Positions 30,921 through 41,447 are shown, counted from the first letter of the stretch. The stretch is 64,000 nt of DNA from an uncultured delta proteobacterium (GCA_963769935.1 CAVYNY010000013.1:160001-224000), one strand, 5' to 3'. The notes: a model not told the origin generated them from the letters alone. Program-made: numbers and translations.

Positions 30921-31461
30921 TGACCGCCAACGCCCTCCTGGAAACCAGAAAAGTCACTAAAACCTACGGCGGCATTCCCGCCATTGATGCCGGGGACTTT
31001 GATTTGCAGCAGGGGGAGGTCCACGCCCTGGTGGGTGAAAACGGGGCCGGCAAGTAACCCTGTGCAAGGTTATCGCCGGCGTTGTCGCCATGGACCAAGG
31101 TGAAATGCTGCTCGAAGGAAAACCGCTGACCATTGCAAGCCCACGTGATTCATTTAAGCAGGGCATCTCGATGGTTTTTCAGGAAACCAGCCTTGTGCCC
31201 CAGCTCACGGTCGCTCAAAATATGGTTATTATTTTTGACGAACCCACGCGCGGGGTAGATGTCGGGGCCATTGCCGAAATTCGCAGCATCATCAGGAAGT
31301 TAGCCGACGGTGGTGCCGGTGTCGTCGTGATATCTTCTTATCTTCCGGAAATCCTGGATATTTCAGATCGAATCCTGGTGGCCCGCGGCGGGACGATTGT
31401 GGCGGAATTTTCCAAGGATGAAGCCACGCCCGAAAAAATACTGCACGCCGCAATTCACTAA
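30920..31461 (+). pseudogene. RbsA-like sugar ABC ATPase pseudogene
   Basis: HALVGENGAGK then a 1-nt frameshift; LTVAQN joins directly to IFDEPTRGVDVGA (large internal deletion). Confidence 0.85.
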
Positions 31462-31767
31462 TTATGGATTGGACTCCTTCTTGATAATTCGATAGGTTTC
31501 TTCGTAGATAGTTTTGCGAGGTCCGACAGCTACAATATCGATGGTTTGTTTTGAAGATATGCGATAAATTATTCTAAACCTGCTGATTCGGCAGCTCCTT
31601 AACCCCTCCAACTCATCTTTGAGAGACTTGCCGGACTCAGGTTCAGTTATGATGTGTCGCAATCCAGCCTTGATTTTTCTTTTTAACTGCGGATGACACC
31701 CCCTGATTAAAGCAACGATCTCGTCGGGCACCCTGAGCTTTCTTCGAATACGGTCCTGCGGAGCCAT
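31462..31767 (-). CDS. RelE/ParE-family toxin
   Basis: P..GKSLKDELEGLRSCRISRFRIIYRI..IVAVGPR. Confidence 0.88.
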   Translation of the reverse strand: MAPQDRIRRKLRVPDEIVALIRGCHPQLKRKIKAGLRHIITEPESGKSLKDELEGLRSCRISRFRIIYRISSKQTIDIVAVGPRKTIYEETYRIIKKESNP

Positions 31768-31770
31768 GAT

Positions 31771-32067
31771 TTATTTGAAAAGCTCCTCTAAGGTATACAC
31801 GCTTGCATTCTTCTTTAGCGCGGCGATGCCTTTTTTTACCTCGCTCATCAAGTCTGCATCGGCTTTTATTGTAATGGTTTCACGCCAGCCCTCAAATTCA
31901 TCCGGACTTATCAGAACAGCCGCGGGTCGTCCATTTTTGGTTATAACGATCTCTGCATCGGTTGATTGAACCTTCTCGATAAGTTCGCTCAGTTTCATTT
32001 TTGCTTCGGATAATGATAAAATATCCATAAAGAGACCTCCATTATAGTCGACCAGAATTATGACCAT
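31771..32067 (-). CDS. Phd/YefM-family antitoxin
   Basis: LSEAKMKLSELI..IVITKNGRPAAVL; likely start MDILS near 32028. Confidence 0.92.
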   Translation of the reverse strand: MVIILVDYNGGLFMDILSLSEAKMKLSELIEKVQSTDAEIVITKNGRPAAVLISPDEFEGWRETITIKADADLMSEVKKGIAALKKNASVYTLEELFK

Positions 32068-32140
32068 AAATTAACCGATTTATCTTCCAGTGTCAACAAA
32101 ATAAGAAAGCCCCGGCAAAATCTCACCAGGACTTTTTCTA

Positions 32141-32291
32141 TGGTGCCGAGGGACAGAATTTTAGTCGCCTCCGGCGATCGAATGCGCCATAGGCGCACAA
32201 GCTGCCGACACGTGAATTGTCATTCCCCTGTCCCCTTGCACCTAACTCCTTATACCTTTTAATGCAATCCCCATTACGCTCTGCTCTATGC
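32141..32291 (-). repeat. Degenerate tRNA-Phe 3' remnant plus conserved flank (copy 1)
   Basis: tggtgccgagggacagaat...ctgccgacacg and its downstream flank are shared with 62242-62351. Confidence 0.75.
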
Positions 32292-32470
32292 GCTAGGCCC
32301 ATCCCCCGCAACACGAGACGGAAAGAAGAGCAGAAGATAAGAAGATGAGAAGCCGGGAAGTTGAGAGGCTAAAGGCCGGAACCTCCTAAATTCCCCTGCG
32401 CCGTAAGCCGTGTGCCGTCCGCCGTGAGCCTTGCGGCGTAAGCCGTGTGCCGTGGCCCCGCAACGCGCAC

Positions 32471-33265
32471 TTAAACCGCCACCGGCGCCCGAATGCCGGG
32501 ATACGGATCGTAGCCGACTACCTCGAAATCCTCGTATTTGAAATCAAAGAGCGAGGACACGTCGGGATTGATTTTCATCTGCGGCAGCGCCCGCGGCTCA
32601 CGCGTGAGCTGAAGCTCCGCCTGCTCCCGGTGATTGAGATAAAGGTGCGCATCGCCAAGCGTATGCACGAAATCACCCGGCTCAAGTCCCACGATTTGCG
32701 CAACCATCAGGGTCAGCAAAGAATAGGAGGCGATGTTAAAGGGAACGCCGAGGAAAATATCTGCGCTGCGCTGATACAGCTGGCAGGACAGTCGGCCGTC
32801 GGCCACATAAAATTGAAACAGGGTATGACAAGGCGGCAGCGCCATTTTTTTAATTTCACCCACATTCCAGGCCGATACGATATGACGCCGGGAACTGGGA
32901 TTCGATTTGATCTGCTCTACCACCTGGGTGATCTGATCAACGTGCCTTCCATCAGCCGTTGGCCAGGAGCGCCACTGATAGCCGTAAATGGGACCCAGGT
33001 TGCCGTCCTTGTCGGCCCATTCGTCCCAGATCGACACACCATTTTTGTGAAGCGAACGGATGTTCGTGTCCCCACTTAAAAACCAGAGCAGCTCGCCGAT
33101 AATTGATCGAAAGTGCAGCTTCTTGGTCGTGATCGCCGGAAATCCCTGGGACAGATCAAAGCGCATCTGGTAGCCGAAAACACTGATGGTTCCCGTGCCC
33201 GTGCGATCGTCCTTGGGTACACCGTTTGTGCTGACATGACGTAGTAATTCCAGGTATTGTTTCAT
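32471..33265 (-). CDS. thyA: Thymidylate synthase (264 aa)
   Basis: [42 protein letters not shown]; start MKQYL. Confidence 0.97.
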   Translation of the reverse strand: MKQYLELLRHVSTNGVPKDDRTGTGTISVFGYQMRFDLSQGFPAITTKKLHFRSIIGELLWFLSGDTNIRSLHKNGVSIWDEWADKDGNLGPIYGYQWRSWPTADGRHVDQITQVVEQIKSNPSSRRHIVSAWNVGEIKKMALPPCHTLFQFYVADGRLSCQLYQRSADIFLGVPFNIASYSLLTLMVAQIVGLEPGDFVHTLGDAHLYLNHREQAELQLTREPRALPQMKINPDVSSLFDFKYEDFEVVGYDPYPGIRAPVAV

Positions 33266-33651
33266 AGTGTTTAGACTCCAGGAGGCTATAATTAATGGAT
33301 TGATCGTCTCGTGCCCACCCACGGATTCGCGGTTGTGCGAAGATACCGCGTAGGATGATGCACCTGCCCGTCTGCGCAACAGTTGAGAATACCGTGTCAA
33401 CACGCAAAATCAGGATTGGCCGCGCCATGCGAACGACTTGCGATGAATAGATATAACTCGAATTATATCATAAACTTGGGATTATATTCGTGTTTTTCCA
33501 ATCAGCACAAGCGGCGGCAAGTATTAAAAACGTATACCAGAAATCTTGTATGTCAATCCCCCTCCAAATACATGATGTTGTGGTTTTGCGGGGCAGCCCT
33601 GGGAACTAAGCGGTGCCATTGGATCACCATGCGATTGATAAATTGAAAAAA

Positions 33652-33697
33652 TATCCATATATAGTGGTTGATTTTTTTCAAACGCTATATATAGTAT
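33652..33697. promoter_or_regulatory. Tandem NrdR boxes
   Basis: tatCcAtATaTaGtgg (33652) and acgCtAtATaTaGtat (33682) match acaCwAtATaTwGtg, 30 bp apart, upstream of nrdA. Confidence 0.75.
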
Positions 33698-33975
33698 ATA
33701 TGCGAGTTTTAATCTGGTACGTTGTGAAAAATCAATCGGTATTAAAGTGGATTGACGACCGGCTCAGCGGGCGACGGTTCTATTAGCCCACGTATTGTGA
33801 ATTAGCACAGTGAATCGAGTTGGTTTCAAAACCCCATATAGTCCGCCTCAGACAGATTACGAATTTCTTCGAACAGAATCCCTTTGACCTGAGTTGAACG
33901 GGGATTTTTCAGCCCGGTCCGCTTGGGGCGGAACCCTGTATCGCTCAACCTATGTCTTTATAAAGGATTTTAGCT

Positions 33976-36792
33976 ATGGCGCATAACTATGTTACCAAAA
34001 GAAACGGTGAAAAAGTGTTATTTGATTCCGAGCGAATCAAAAGGGCTGTCGAAAAGGCCTGGCAAGCAGCTGATTATCCGGTCGAATCAGACCAGTTTGA
34101 GCGGGTTAATGCAGATATAATTACCGAAGTCCACGCTATTCTCACGGATTCATCCATCGGTGTCGAGGACATCCAGGATGTCGTGGAGAAAAATTTGGTT
34201 AATCATGGATTGTATGAAATATCGAAAAGATACATTCTCTACCGGGAGAATCGAGCCAAGATACGTCACGCAAAGAAAAAGACGGTTGTCGAGCAAGCTG
34301 AACAGGGCCGCTTAAAGGTTCGGAAAAAAAGCGGCGCTTTGGTGTCGTTTGATAAAAATAAAGTGATGAACACGTTGGCCCGGGCAGGGGCAGATAACGA
34401 CGTCAGTATCGATATCCATTTGATCTATCAGGAATTTCTAAAAAATATTTATAATGAAATAACGACTACGGAATTAGAAAAGCTGCTGCTGCTTTCCACC
34501 GTTGCATTTATTGAAAGAGATCCCCAACTGAGTTTTGTTGCGGCCGGATTGCTGCTCCAAAGAATATATAAAGACGTCATCGTAAAGTCGGTGCAGCGCG
34601 AAACTTTCGAATTAGAGGCCGGGAAAGCCTTTGTTCGCGGCATTCAGCGCGGCGTGGCAAACAAAATATATGATGAGCGCCTATTATCGTTTGATCTTGA
34701 ATTTCTCGCCTCGCAACTGGATTTCAGCAGGGACGCGATCCTTAAATATATCGGCCTGCAAACGCTTTATGAACGCTATCTGGTCAATTGCCGGCAGCAG
34801 CTCATCGAAACCCCGCAAGCCTTTTGGATGCGGGTTGCCATGGGATTGGCCATTCTGGAAAAGGATCGGGAGGAAAAGTCGCTGGAGTTTTATAAGCTGA
34901 TGTCATCGCTCTCATTTGTCCCTTCCACGCCGACCCTTTTTCATGCCGGCTTGTCCCACCCACAGCTGTCTTCCTGCTACTTGAGCATCGTCAATGATGA
35001 TCTATATCATATTTTCAAAGTCATCGGGGATAATGCGCAATTATCTAAATGGTCCGGCGGCATCGGCAACGATTGGACGCGCGTGCGCGCCACCAATGCC
35101 CACATAGCAAGTACCAACGTGCAGAGCCAGGGGGTCGTTCCCTTCTTAAAGATCGCCAACGATACCACCGTTGCGATTAACCGCAGCGGTAAACGCAGGG
35201 GGGCAACCTGTGCGTACCTTGAGACGTGGCATCTTGATATTGAGGATTTTCTCGATTTGCGCAAGAACACCGGTGACGACCGTCGCCGAACCCACGACAT
35301 GAATACAGCCAACTGGATCCCGGATCTATTTATGCAGCGGGTTAAAGCCGGCGGGCATTGGACGTTGTTCTCACCTGATGAGGTGCCGGATTTACACGAT
35401 TTGTATGGCAAAAAATTCAATGCCCGCTATGAAGAATATGAGCGTAAAGCTGACGCCGGCCGAATAAAGCTTTTTAAAAAGGTTGATGCGGTAACACTTT
35501 GGCGAAAAATGCTGACGCGGTTGTTCGAAACCGGGCATCCCTGGATTACCTTTAAAGATCCCTGCAATATTCGCTCGCCCCAGAAACATGTGGGAGTGAT
35601 TCATAATTCTAATCTGTGTACCGAGATTACGCTGAATAACTCAACGGATGAAACCGCCGTCTGCAACCTGGGCTCCTTAAACCTTTTGAACCATATTGAA
35701 AACAACGCCATCGATCAGCAGCGCTTGGCGGCTACCGTCAAGACGGCTGTCAGAATGCTGGACAATACGATTGATCTGAATTTTTATCCGACACCCGAGG
35801 CTGAAAACGCCAATTTAAAGCATCGTCCCATCGCGCTGGGTTTAATGGGGCTGCAGGATGTGCTGTTCAAGCTGCGGCTGCCGTTTGAAGATGAAAATAC
35901 CCTTGAATTTGTCGATGCAACCATGGAGTTCATTGCTTATCATGCCATTGCATCTTCCTGCGGTCTGGCCAAAGAGCGCGGCGCCTACCAAAGCTTTAAA
36001 GGCTCGTTGTGGGATCAGGGCATCTTTCCACTGGATACCCTGGATGAGCTTGAAAAAGAAAGGGGCGCTGCCGTAGCTGTCAATCGGAAAAAACGGATGG
36101 ACTGGAGTGCGCTTAAAGAATCCGTTGCCGCCTGGGGCATGAGAAACTCCAATGTGATGGCCATTGCGCCAACGGCAACCATTTCCAACATCGCCGGCTG
36201 CTTTCCGAGCATCGAACCCATCTATAAAAACATTTATGTCAAGTCAAACATGAGTGGAGAATTTACCGTGGTGAATGACTACCTGGTAAATGATTTAAAA
36301 CGGCTGGGCTTGTGGACTGAGGAGATGCTGGAACAATTAAAATATTATGACGGCAACATCGGTAAAATCCAGTCGATTCCCGTAGAATTGAAAACACTCT
36401 ATAAAGAGGTCTTTGAAATCGATCCGGTTTTGCTGATAAAAATGACCGCGCTAAGATCGAAATGGATCGACCAGAGTCAGTCGCATAATGTTTTCATGGA
36501 GGGCACCAGCGGAAAAAAGATGGACGAAATCTACACCGCTGCCTGGGAAATGGGATTGAAAACTACTTACTACCTGAGAACCATGGCGGTCAGCCAGATC
36601 GAAAAATCGACGCTTGACGCCGTGAAATACTACTTTACCCAGAAAAGAACCTACCTGAATGAACCGATTCCAGCAGCCCAAGCGGCGCTGGGAGTAGGCA
36701 CCAAAAATTTCAGCCTGGGGGATCAAACGCCCGCACGACACATAGCCAGTTATAAGGACATTTTGGATTCCGACTGCGAAGCGTGCTCATGA
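33976..36792 (+). CDS. nrdA: Class I ribonucleotide reductase alpha subunit with two ATP cones
   Basis: VTKRNG and VRKKSG cones, LSSCYL, SNLCTEI, KTTYYLR, C-terminal CEAC. Confidence 0.97.
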   Translation: MAHNYVTKRNGEKVLFDSERIKRAVEKAWQAADYPVESDQFERVNADIITEVHAILTDSSIGVEDIQDVVEKNLVNHGLYEISKRYILYRENRAKIRHAKKKTVVEQAEQGRLKVRKKSGALVSFDKNKVMNTLARAGADNDVSIDIHLIYQEFLKNIYNEITTTELEKLLLLSTVAFIERDPQLSFVAAGLLLQRIYKDVIVKSVQRETFELEAGKAFVRGIQRGVANKIYDERLLSFDLEFLASQLDFSRDAILKYIGLQTLYERYLVNCRQQLIETPQAFWMRVAMGLAILEKDREEKSLEFYKLMSSLSFVPSTPTLFHAGLSHPQLSSCYLSIVNDDLYHIFKVIGDNAQLSKWSGGIGNDWTRVRATNAHIASTNVQSQGVVPFLKIANDTTVAINRSGKRRGATCAYLETWHLDIEDFLDLRKNTGDDRRRTHDMNTANWIPDLFMQRVKAGGHWTLFSPDEVPDLHDLYGKKFNARYEEYERKADAGRIKLFKKVDAVTLWRKMLTRLFETGHPWITFKDPCNIRSPQKHVGVIHNSNLCTEITLNNSTDETAVCNLGSLNLLNHIENNAIDQQRLAATVKTAVRMLDNTIDLNFYPTPEAENANLKHRPIALGLMGLQDVLFKLRLPFEDENTLEFVDATMEFIAYHAIASSCGLAKERGAYQSFKGSLWDQGIFPLDTLDELEKERGAAVAVNRKKRMDWSALKESVAAWGMRNSNVMAIAPTATISNIAGCFPSIEPIYKNIYVKSNMSGEFTVVNDYLVNDLKRLGLWTEEMLEQLKYYDGNIGKIQSIPVELKTLYKEVFEIDPVLLIKMTALRSKWIDQSQSHNVFMEGTSGKKMDEIYTAAWEMGLKTTYYLRTMAVSQIEKSTLDAVKYYFTQKRTYLNEPIPAAQAALGVGTKNFSLGDQTPARHIASYKDILDSDCEACS

Positions 36793-37041
36793 TTACAGCA
36801 GCTGACAAGGCTTTCCAAATTAAGAAAGGAAGTCATAAAATCCCGGCAGTCGAATTCTATCCGTCAACTCTTGAATGCCTAAAATGAGCTAAAATGCCTA
36901 AAGTGCCTAAAATTAAGAGATGAAATTCGTCTCTAAAGTTGCCTTATCATAACGCCATTAAATAAGGCCGACGGCCAGTTCTACCAACGATATACAAATT
37001 ACAAATAACGCCTAGTCTTGGTTTAAGAGGAGGAGAGACAC

Positions 37042-38037
37042 ATGCCGATTATCAATAGTTCTAAAACGGATCCGAATAAAATACTTCCCATGACCTGCAC
37101 CTGGGCCAGAGAATACTATAAGAACGGAATTGCCAATACCTGGACGCCCGAGGAAATCCCCATGCAGGATGATATTGAGCAATGGAAGTCGTCATCCTTT
37201 TTGAATCCGAAGGAGAGGCGGCTCATTTTATGGAATCTCGGTTTCTTCTCAACGGCGGAGTCGCTTACGGCCAACAATATCGTCCTGGCCGTGTATCACC
37301 ATGTCACGAACCCGGAATGCCGCCAGTATCTGCTGAGACAGGCCTTTGAGGAAGCCGTCCATACCGATACTTTCATTTATTGCTGTGACTCTTTAGGGCT
37401 GGATCCGGAGGAGATTTACACCATGTATGCAACGATTCCTTCGATCAAAGATAAGGATCAATTTGTCGTTGACCTTACCCAAAGTGTCGACAATCCGAAT
37501 TTTACAACCGTGGGTGAAAAGAATATTCAAAAATTCCTGCACGATTTAATCGGTTTTTACGTCATCATGGAGGGTATCTTTTTTTACGCCGGCTTTGCCA
37601 TGATGCTCGCGCTCAAGCGGCAGAATAAAATGGTCGGAATTGGTCAACAGTTTGAATATATTATGCGTGACGAGAGTCTTCACCTGGCCTTCGGCTGCGA
37701 TTTGATCAACACCATTGTCGATGAGAATCCGTCGGTATGGTCATTGGATTTTCAAACCGAGATTACCGATCTTATAGTTCAATCGGTTAGACTGGAAAAA
37801 ATATATGCTCAGGATGCCTGCCCGGAGGATACCTTGGGAATCAATTCGAGCTTATTCGGTGGCTATGTGGAATATGTTGCCGACCGAAGGCTTGAGCGCA
37901 TACGGCTTAAAAAAGTTTTTGGGACGAATAATCCTTTTCCCTGGATGAGTCAGTCGACTGATTTAAACAAGGAAAAAAACTTTTTTGAAACCCGCGTCAC
38001 CGAGTATCAGAATGCCGGTGCCTTGGTTTGGAACTAG
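37042..38037 (+). CDS. nrdB: Ribonucleotide reductase beta subunit, class Ic (R2c)-type
   Basis: FFSTAES (Glu as first ligand), EEAVHTDTF (Phe at the radical-Tyr site), MEGIFF, RDESLH, NFFETRVTEYQ. Confidence 0.93.
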   Translation: MPIINSSKTDPNKILPMTCTWAREYYKNGIANTWTPEEIPMQDDIEQWKSSSFLNPKERRLILWNLGFFSTAESLTANNIVLAVYHHVTNPECRQYLLRQAFEEAVHTDTFIYCCDSLGLDPEEIYTMYATIPSIKDKDQFVVDLTQSVDNPNFTTVGEKNIQKFLHDLIGFYVIMEGIFFYAGFAMMLALKRQNKMVGIGQQFEYIMRDESLHLAFGCDLINTIVDENPSVWSLDFQTEITDLIVQSVRLEKIYAQDACPEDTLGINSSLFGGYVEYVADRRLERIRLKKVFGTNNPFPWMSQSTDLNKEKNFFETRVTEYQNAGALVWN

Positions 38038-38192
38038 GATTTTTGATCAATAAGCCGCATTTTGAGAAGAATCGGTTGAGGTTCCGCCGCCGGCCGGCCG
38101 GAACAAAGAATCTTGGTCCAAAGAACCGGGCTTTCAATAATAGAATAATACTGGACAACCCCTATCAAGCAAAAGGATGAGGAGTAAACGAT

Positions 38193-38726
38193 ATGTTAAA
38201 ATCATTAATTGTCGCGATGGCATCCAACAGCGTTATCGGCCACAACGGTGGAATCCCCTGGAGGATTCCGGGGGAACAGAAAATGTTTAAAGAGATTACC
38301 ATGGGGCATTCATTGATTATGGGCCGGAAGACATACGAAACCATCGGCCGGGCGCTCCCCGGCAGGACCAACATCGTCATTTCCCGCCAAACCGACTATG
38401 AGGCCCCGGACTGCATCGTTGTGAATGACTTAAATAGTGCTCTGCAAGCCTGCGATCCCGATGAAAGCGAGGCTTTTATCATTGGCGGGGGGCAGATTTT
38501 TCGGGACACTATTTCTTCGGCCGATAGAATTTACCTGTCCGTGCTGCCAAGGGAGGTGCACGGTGACACCTATTTTCCCGCGTTTTCCGAGTCGGACTTC
38601 GAGATCATAAAGTCCGGCTTCATCGACGCGGTCGTGCCATACTACTTCTACATATATGAGCGGATAAATGGCAGTAAACGCGAGTCTGTTTCGCTTTCCC
38701 TGTCCGAAGCATCGAATTTTTTATGA
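38193..38726 (+). CDS. folA: Dihydrofolate reductase
   Basis: VIG..G.IPW, IMGRKTYE, LPGRTNIV, IIGGGQI, GDTYFP. Confidence 0.95.
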   Translation: MLKSLIVAMASNSVIGHNGGIPWRIPGEQKMFKEITMGHSLIMGRKTYETIGRALPGRTNIVISRQTDYEAPDCIVVNDLNSALQACDPDESEAFIIGGGQIFRDTISSADRIYLSVLPREVHGDTYFPAFSESDFEIIKSGFIDAVVPYYFYIYERINGSKRESVSLSLSEASNFL

Positions 38727-38790
38727 GGGGCAGAGCGATGCCTTAGAATTGGAAGAATAAGAGAGACGGGTACTTTACCCCAACGTTGCA

Positions 38791-38887
38791 AAAGCCGGAG
38801 GGCTTCAGAGTCAAGGCGTCTGAGGGTGAAGTCGTAGTTCTTTACTTCGAACCCTCAGCAACGCAGAATCTGAAGTCCTCGGGCTTT
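38791..38887. repeat. Long imperfect REP-like palindrome
   Basis: aaagccggagggcttcaga..tgagggtgaagt / acttcgaaccctcag..tctgaagtcctcgggcttt. Confidence 0.6.
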
Positions 38888-39748
38888 CCCCGGATGCTCA
38901 ATCTTTGAAGAAGCCGCTGATTTCAACTGCAATTCCGGAGCGAGTCTTTCCGGCGGCTTCGCCGGTAGCCATGATTATCTCTTTCGAGGCCGGGAAGGTG
39001 AAAGTCATCGCAACTGCCTGTCCGACCGTCATACCGTATCGATCGTCTTGCATTCAGCGATGATCGGAGGATCGCCTTTAAAGAGCTTTCTTGAGTCTCT
39101 TCTGACATTGGTGTTTTTGCCCTGTTTGTTTTCGGAAGGCTCAATAAACACTTTCTCTGTGCACCAAGGTGTAGACAAGAATTGAATTTGGACTCATAAG
39201 TTATTTTTTAACATGATATCATAAGGTTAAATTGAAACCCGATTGCTGGACATCTAAATTCTGGAAATCACACCTCCGAGAAATTAATCCGAATAAATAG
39301 AAAGATGGAACGGACGACTCCGTTACCCAAACAGTGCAATTCTGGCAATCGCTGTGCTTTGACATAAATTGTGGCTGCGGTGCCTGTGTTCCCACATTGG
39401 TTTCTTATCTCCAACTTAGAAATAAAAAAAGCTTATTGCCCATATCTTGCCAGTATATGCAAATTGGCCTGAGTACATATACGTTTCGTAAATATCACGT
39501 GAATCAAAGCTATCAAATTCTGGGATAGCAGCAATCTGCATTTCTATGATTTATAATTTTTGCCACCGACAGGGGGATTTATCCCCCTGTACCCCCTGAT
39601 TTCTTTTTCCCCGATAGGTATGCTATCTGATATTCAACAGCCCTACGCTACGTTCAGTCCGCTCATACGCTGCCGGCTATCGCTTCGGCAGCTACTCGCT
39701 CCCCTCACTGCGCTTCGGGCCTAAAGGCAGTGCCAAGGGTACAAGGGA

Positions 39749-41152
39749 TCAAGGGCCAAGGGCAACGGACCTGGAGAGGCGAAAGCCGAAATCGCTTAGG
39801 CGGCGGCCGAGCCAGTCGGAGTCGCGGCTCGCCGACCGGCAGAGGGGAGCATCGCAGCCCCAGCAGCCGCCGCGCATCACGCGGACAGCGCCTCTGGGTT
39901 TATCGATCCAGGCACTTCCGTCATCAGGTGCACCGTTGTAGTCCTTATGCCAGTCATCTTCTACCCATTCCCAGACGTTGCCGTGCATATCGTAAAGACC
40001 CCAGCGATTAGGCTTTTTAGTTCCAACCCGATGTGTTTTGGAATCAGAATTTGAACTAAACAATGCGTATTCTGTCAACTTATCCGCGTCGTCTCCAAAG
40101 GAGAACGAAGTCGTTGTTCCCGCGCGCGCTGCATACTCCCACTCAGCCTCGGTCGGCAATCGGTAGGCTTCGCCTCCCTCCATCTCGTTAAGCATATTTA
40201 TGAATTTGTGTGCATCCTCCCAGGAAACCTGTTCAACCGGACAGTCATCTCCGCATTTTTTAAAATTTGAAGGATTATCGAAATCCACCATTACCTTTTT
40301 CCACTGGCCCTGGGTGACTTCAGTCTTTTGCAAATAAAAGGGGCGTGATATTTTTACGGTATGAGAGGGATGCTCACTGGCTTCATCCATCCCAGAACTG
40401 CTGCCCATTGTGAAACTTCCCGCAGATATGAGAACAAACTCCATTCCAATACTGTTTTTGAAAGTTTTTGCGTATTTAGGTTGCAAAAGCGACCAACCTA
40501 TAACGCTGAGTATTGCGATCACCGCTATAGCGACAATTCCAAGGGTTAACCTTTTTTGACGCCGTGATTTTGGGCTGGGAATGGACGGTCGTTCATCAAC
40601 GATTTTGCCTTTAGTTTCTTTGTTCGTACGCTGAACCACAGCATTGCGCTTTAGGTCTTCTTTGTGCTTTCCTTCGACCTCCGCATCTTTCCGCTTCAGT
40701 TCCTTTTCTGCTTTAAGTTTTGCCGCTTCCTTCCGCTCTCGTTCCTCTAACTCAACTGGTGGTTTACCGAGGATACTTACGATGTCAGTGACTAATTTCT
40801 GATACCCAGGGAAACTATCCGAGCCATCCCAATCAAATAGCTGCCCAGCATGAATGCCTTCAAACCGGAATGGAAGATCAACTTCCTCAATTGCAATTGG
40901 CACCAGTTTATTGCGATTCAGAGCAAAGGTGGCCTCATCTTTAACATATCGCGAATTGACTGAAAGTTTCGACCACATAACGATAATGCACTTGGCATCA
41001 TTTAACGCTCTCTCAATGGAATCATCAAAGTGTTCCCCTGCACGAAGTTTGGGGTCCCACCAGACTGACCAACCCGACTTTTGAAGCGCATCCGCCAGCT
41101 TTCTTGCCAGTGGCTGTTCTTCGCGCTTATAACTGATGAATATGTCGCTCAT
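39749..41152 (-). CDS. TIR domain - charged linker - TM - FGE-sulfatase (C-lectin fold) protein
   Basis: DIFISYKRE..SVWWD..SRYVKDEA TIR; TM LTLGIVAIAVIAILSVIGW; RLPTEAEWEYAAR, GLYDMHGNVWEW, RGG.W, GFRL. Confidence 0.93.
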   Translation of the reverse strand: MSDIFISYKREEQPLARKLADALQKSGWSVWWDPKLRAGEHFDDSIERALNDAKCIIVMWSKLSVNSRYVKDEATFALNRNKLVPIAIEEVDLPFRFEGIHAGQLFDWDGSDSFPGYQKLVTDIVSILGKPPVELEERERKEAAKLKAEKELKRKDAEVEGKHKEDLKRNAVVQRTNKETKGKIVDERPSIPSPKSRRQKRLTLGIVAIAVIAILSVIGWSLLQPKYAKTFKNSIGMEFVLISAGSFTMGSSSGMDEASEHPSHTVKISRPFYLQKTEVTQGQWKKVMVDFDNPSNFKKCGDDCPVEQVSWEDAHKFINMLNEMEGGEAYRLPTEAEWEYAARAGTTTSFSFGDDADKLTEYALFSSNSDSKTHRVGTKKPNRWGLYDMHGNVWEWVEDDWHKDYNGAPDDGSAWIDKPRGAVRVMRGGCWGCDAPLCRSASRDSDWLGRRLSDFGFRLSRSVALGP

Positions 41153-41447
41153 ATCTCAACACTGGTCCGTCGGCTATTATTATGCATCTCGTTTTTAACT
41201 GTTTTTCACATAGCTTGCCAGAAGTCCAACTATCAATTTTTATACGATTAATGCAGATAGATTCCGTATGTCAGCACCCTATTTGTGTGAGAATCTGGTG
41301 TAAAATGGAAATGGCTGAATATGAGTGTTATCAGATTAAAAAGTATGAACCAGACCGCCGGCCGTACCGCAATGCTTTTTTGCCAAATTTGAATTTATCG
41401 CATATATCGGAAAGCTAATTACTCAGATACCTATCAATCGTCATAGA

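Noticed and set aside
32395..32460. CRISPR-like repeat array
   Set aside because: Heptamer microrepeats without unique spacers, and no cas genes in the window
33266..33403. 46-aa N-terminal extension of ThyA
   Set aside because: Starting at MKQYL gives the canonical 264-aa length with a GGAG RBS upstream
33700..33975. Cobalamin or other known riboswitch before nrdA
   Set aside because: Could not find the conserved B12-box or other aptamer cores by eye
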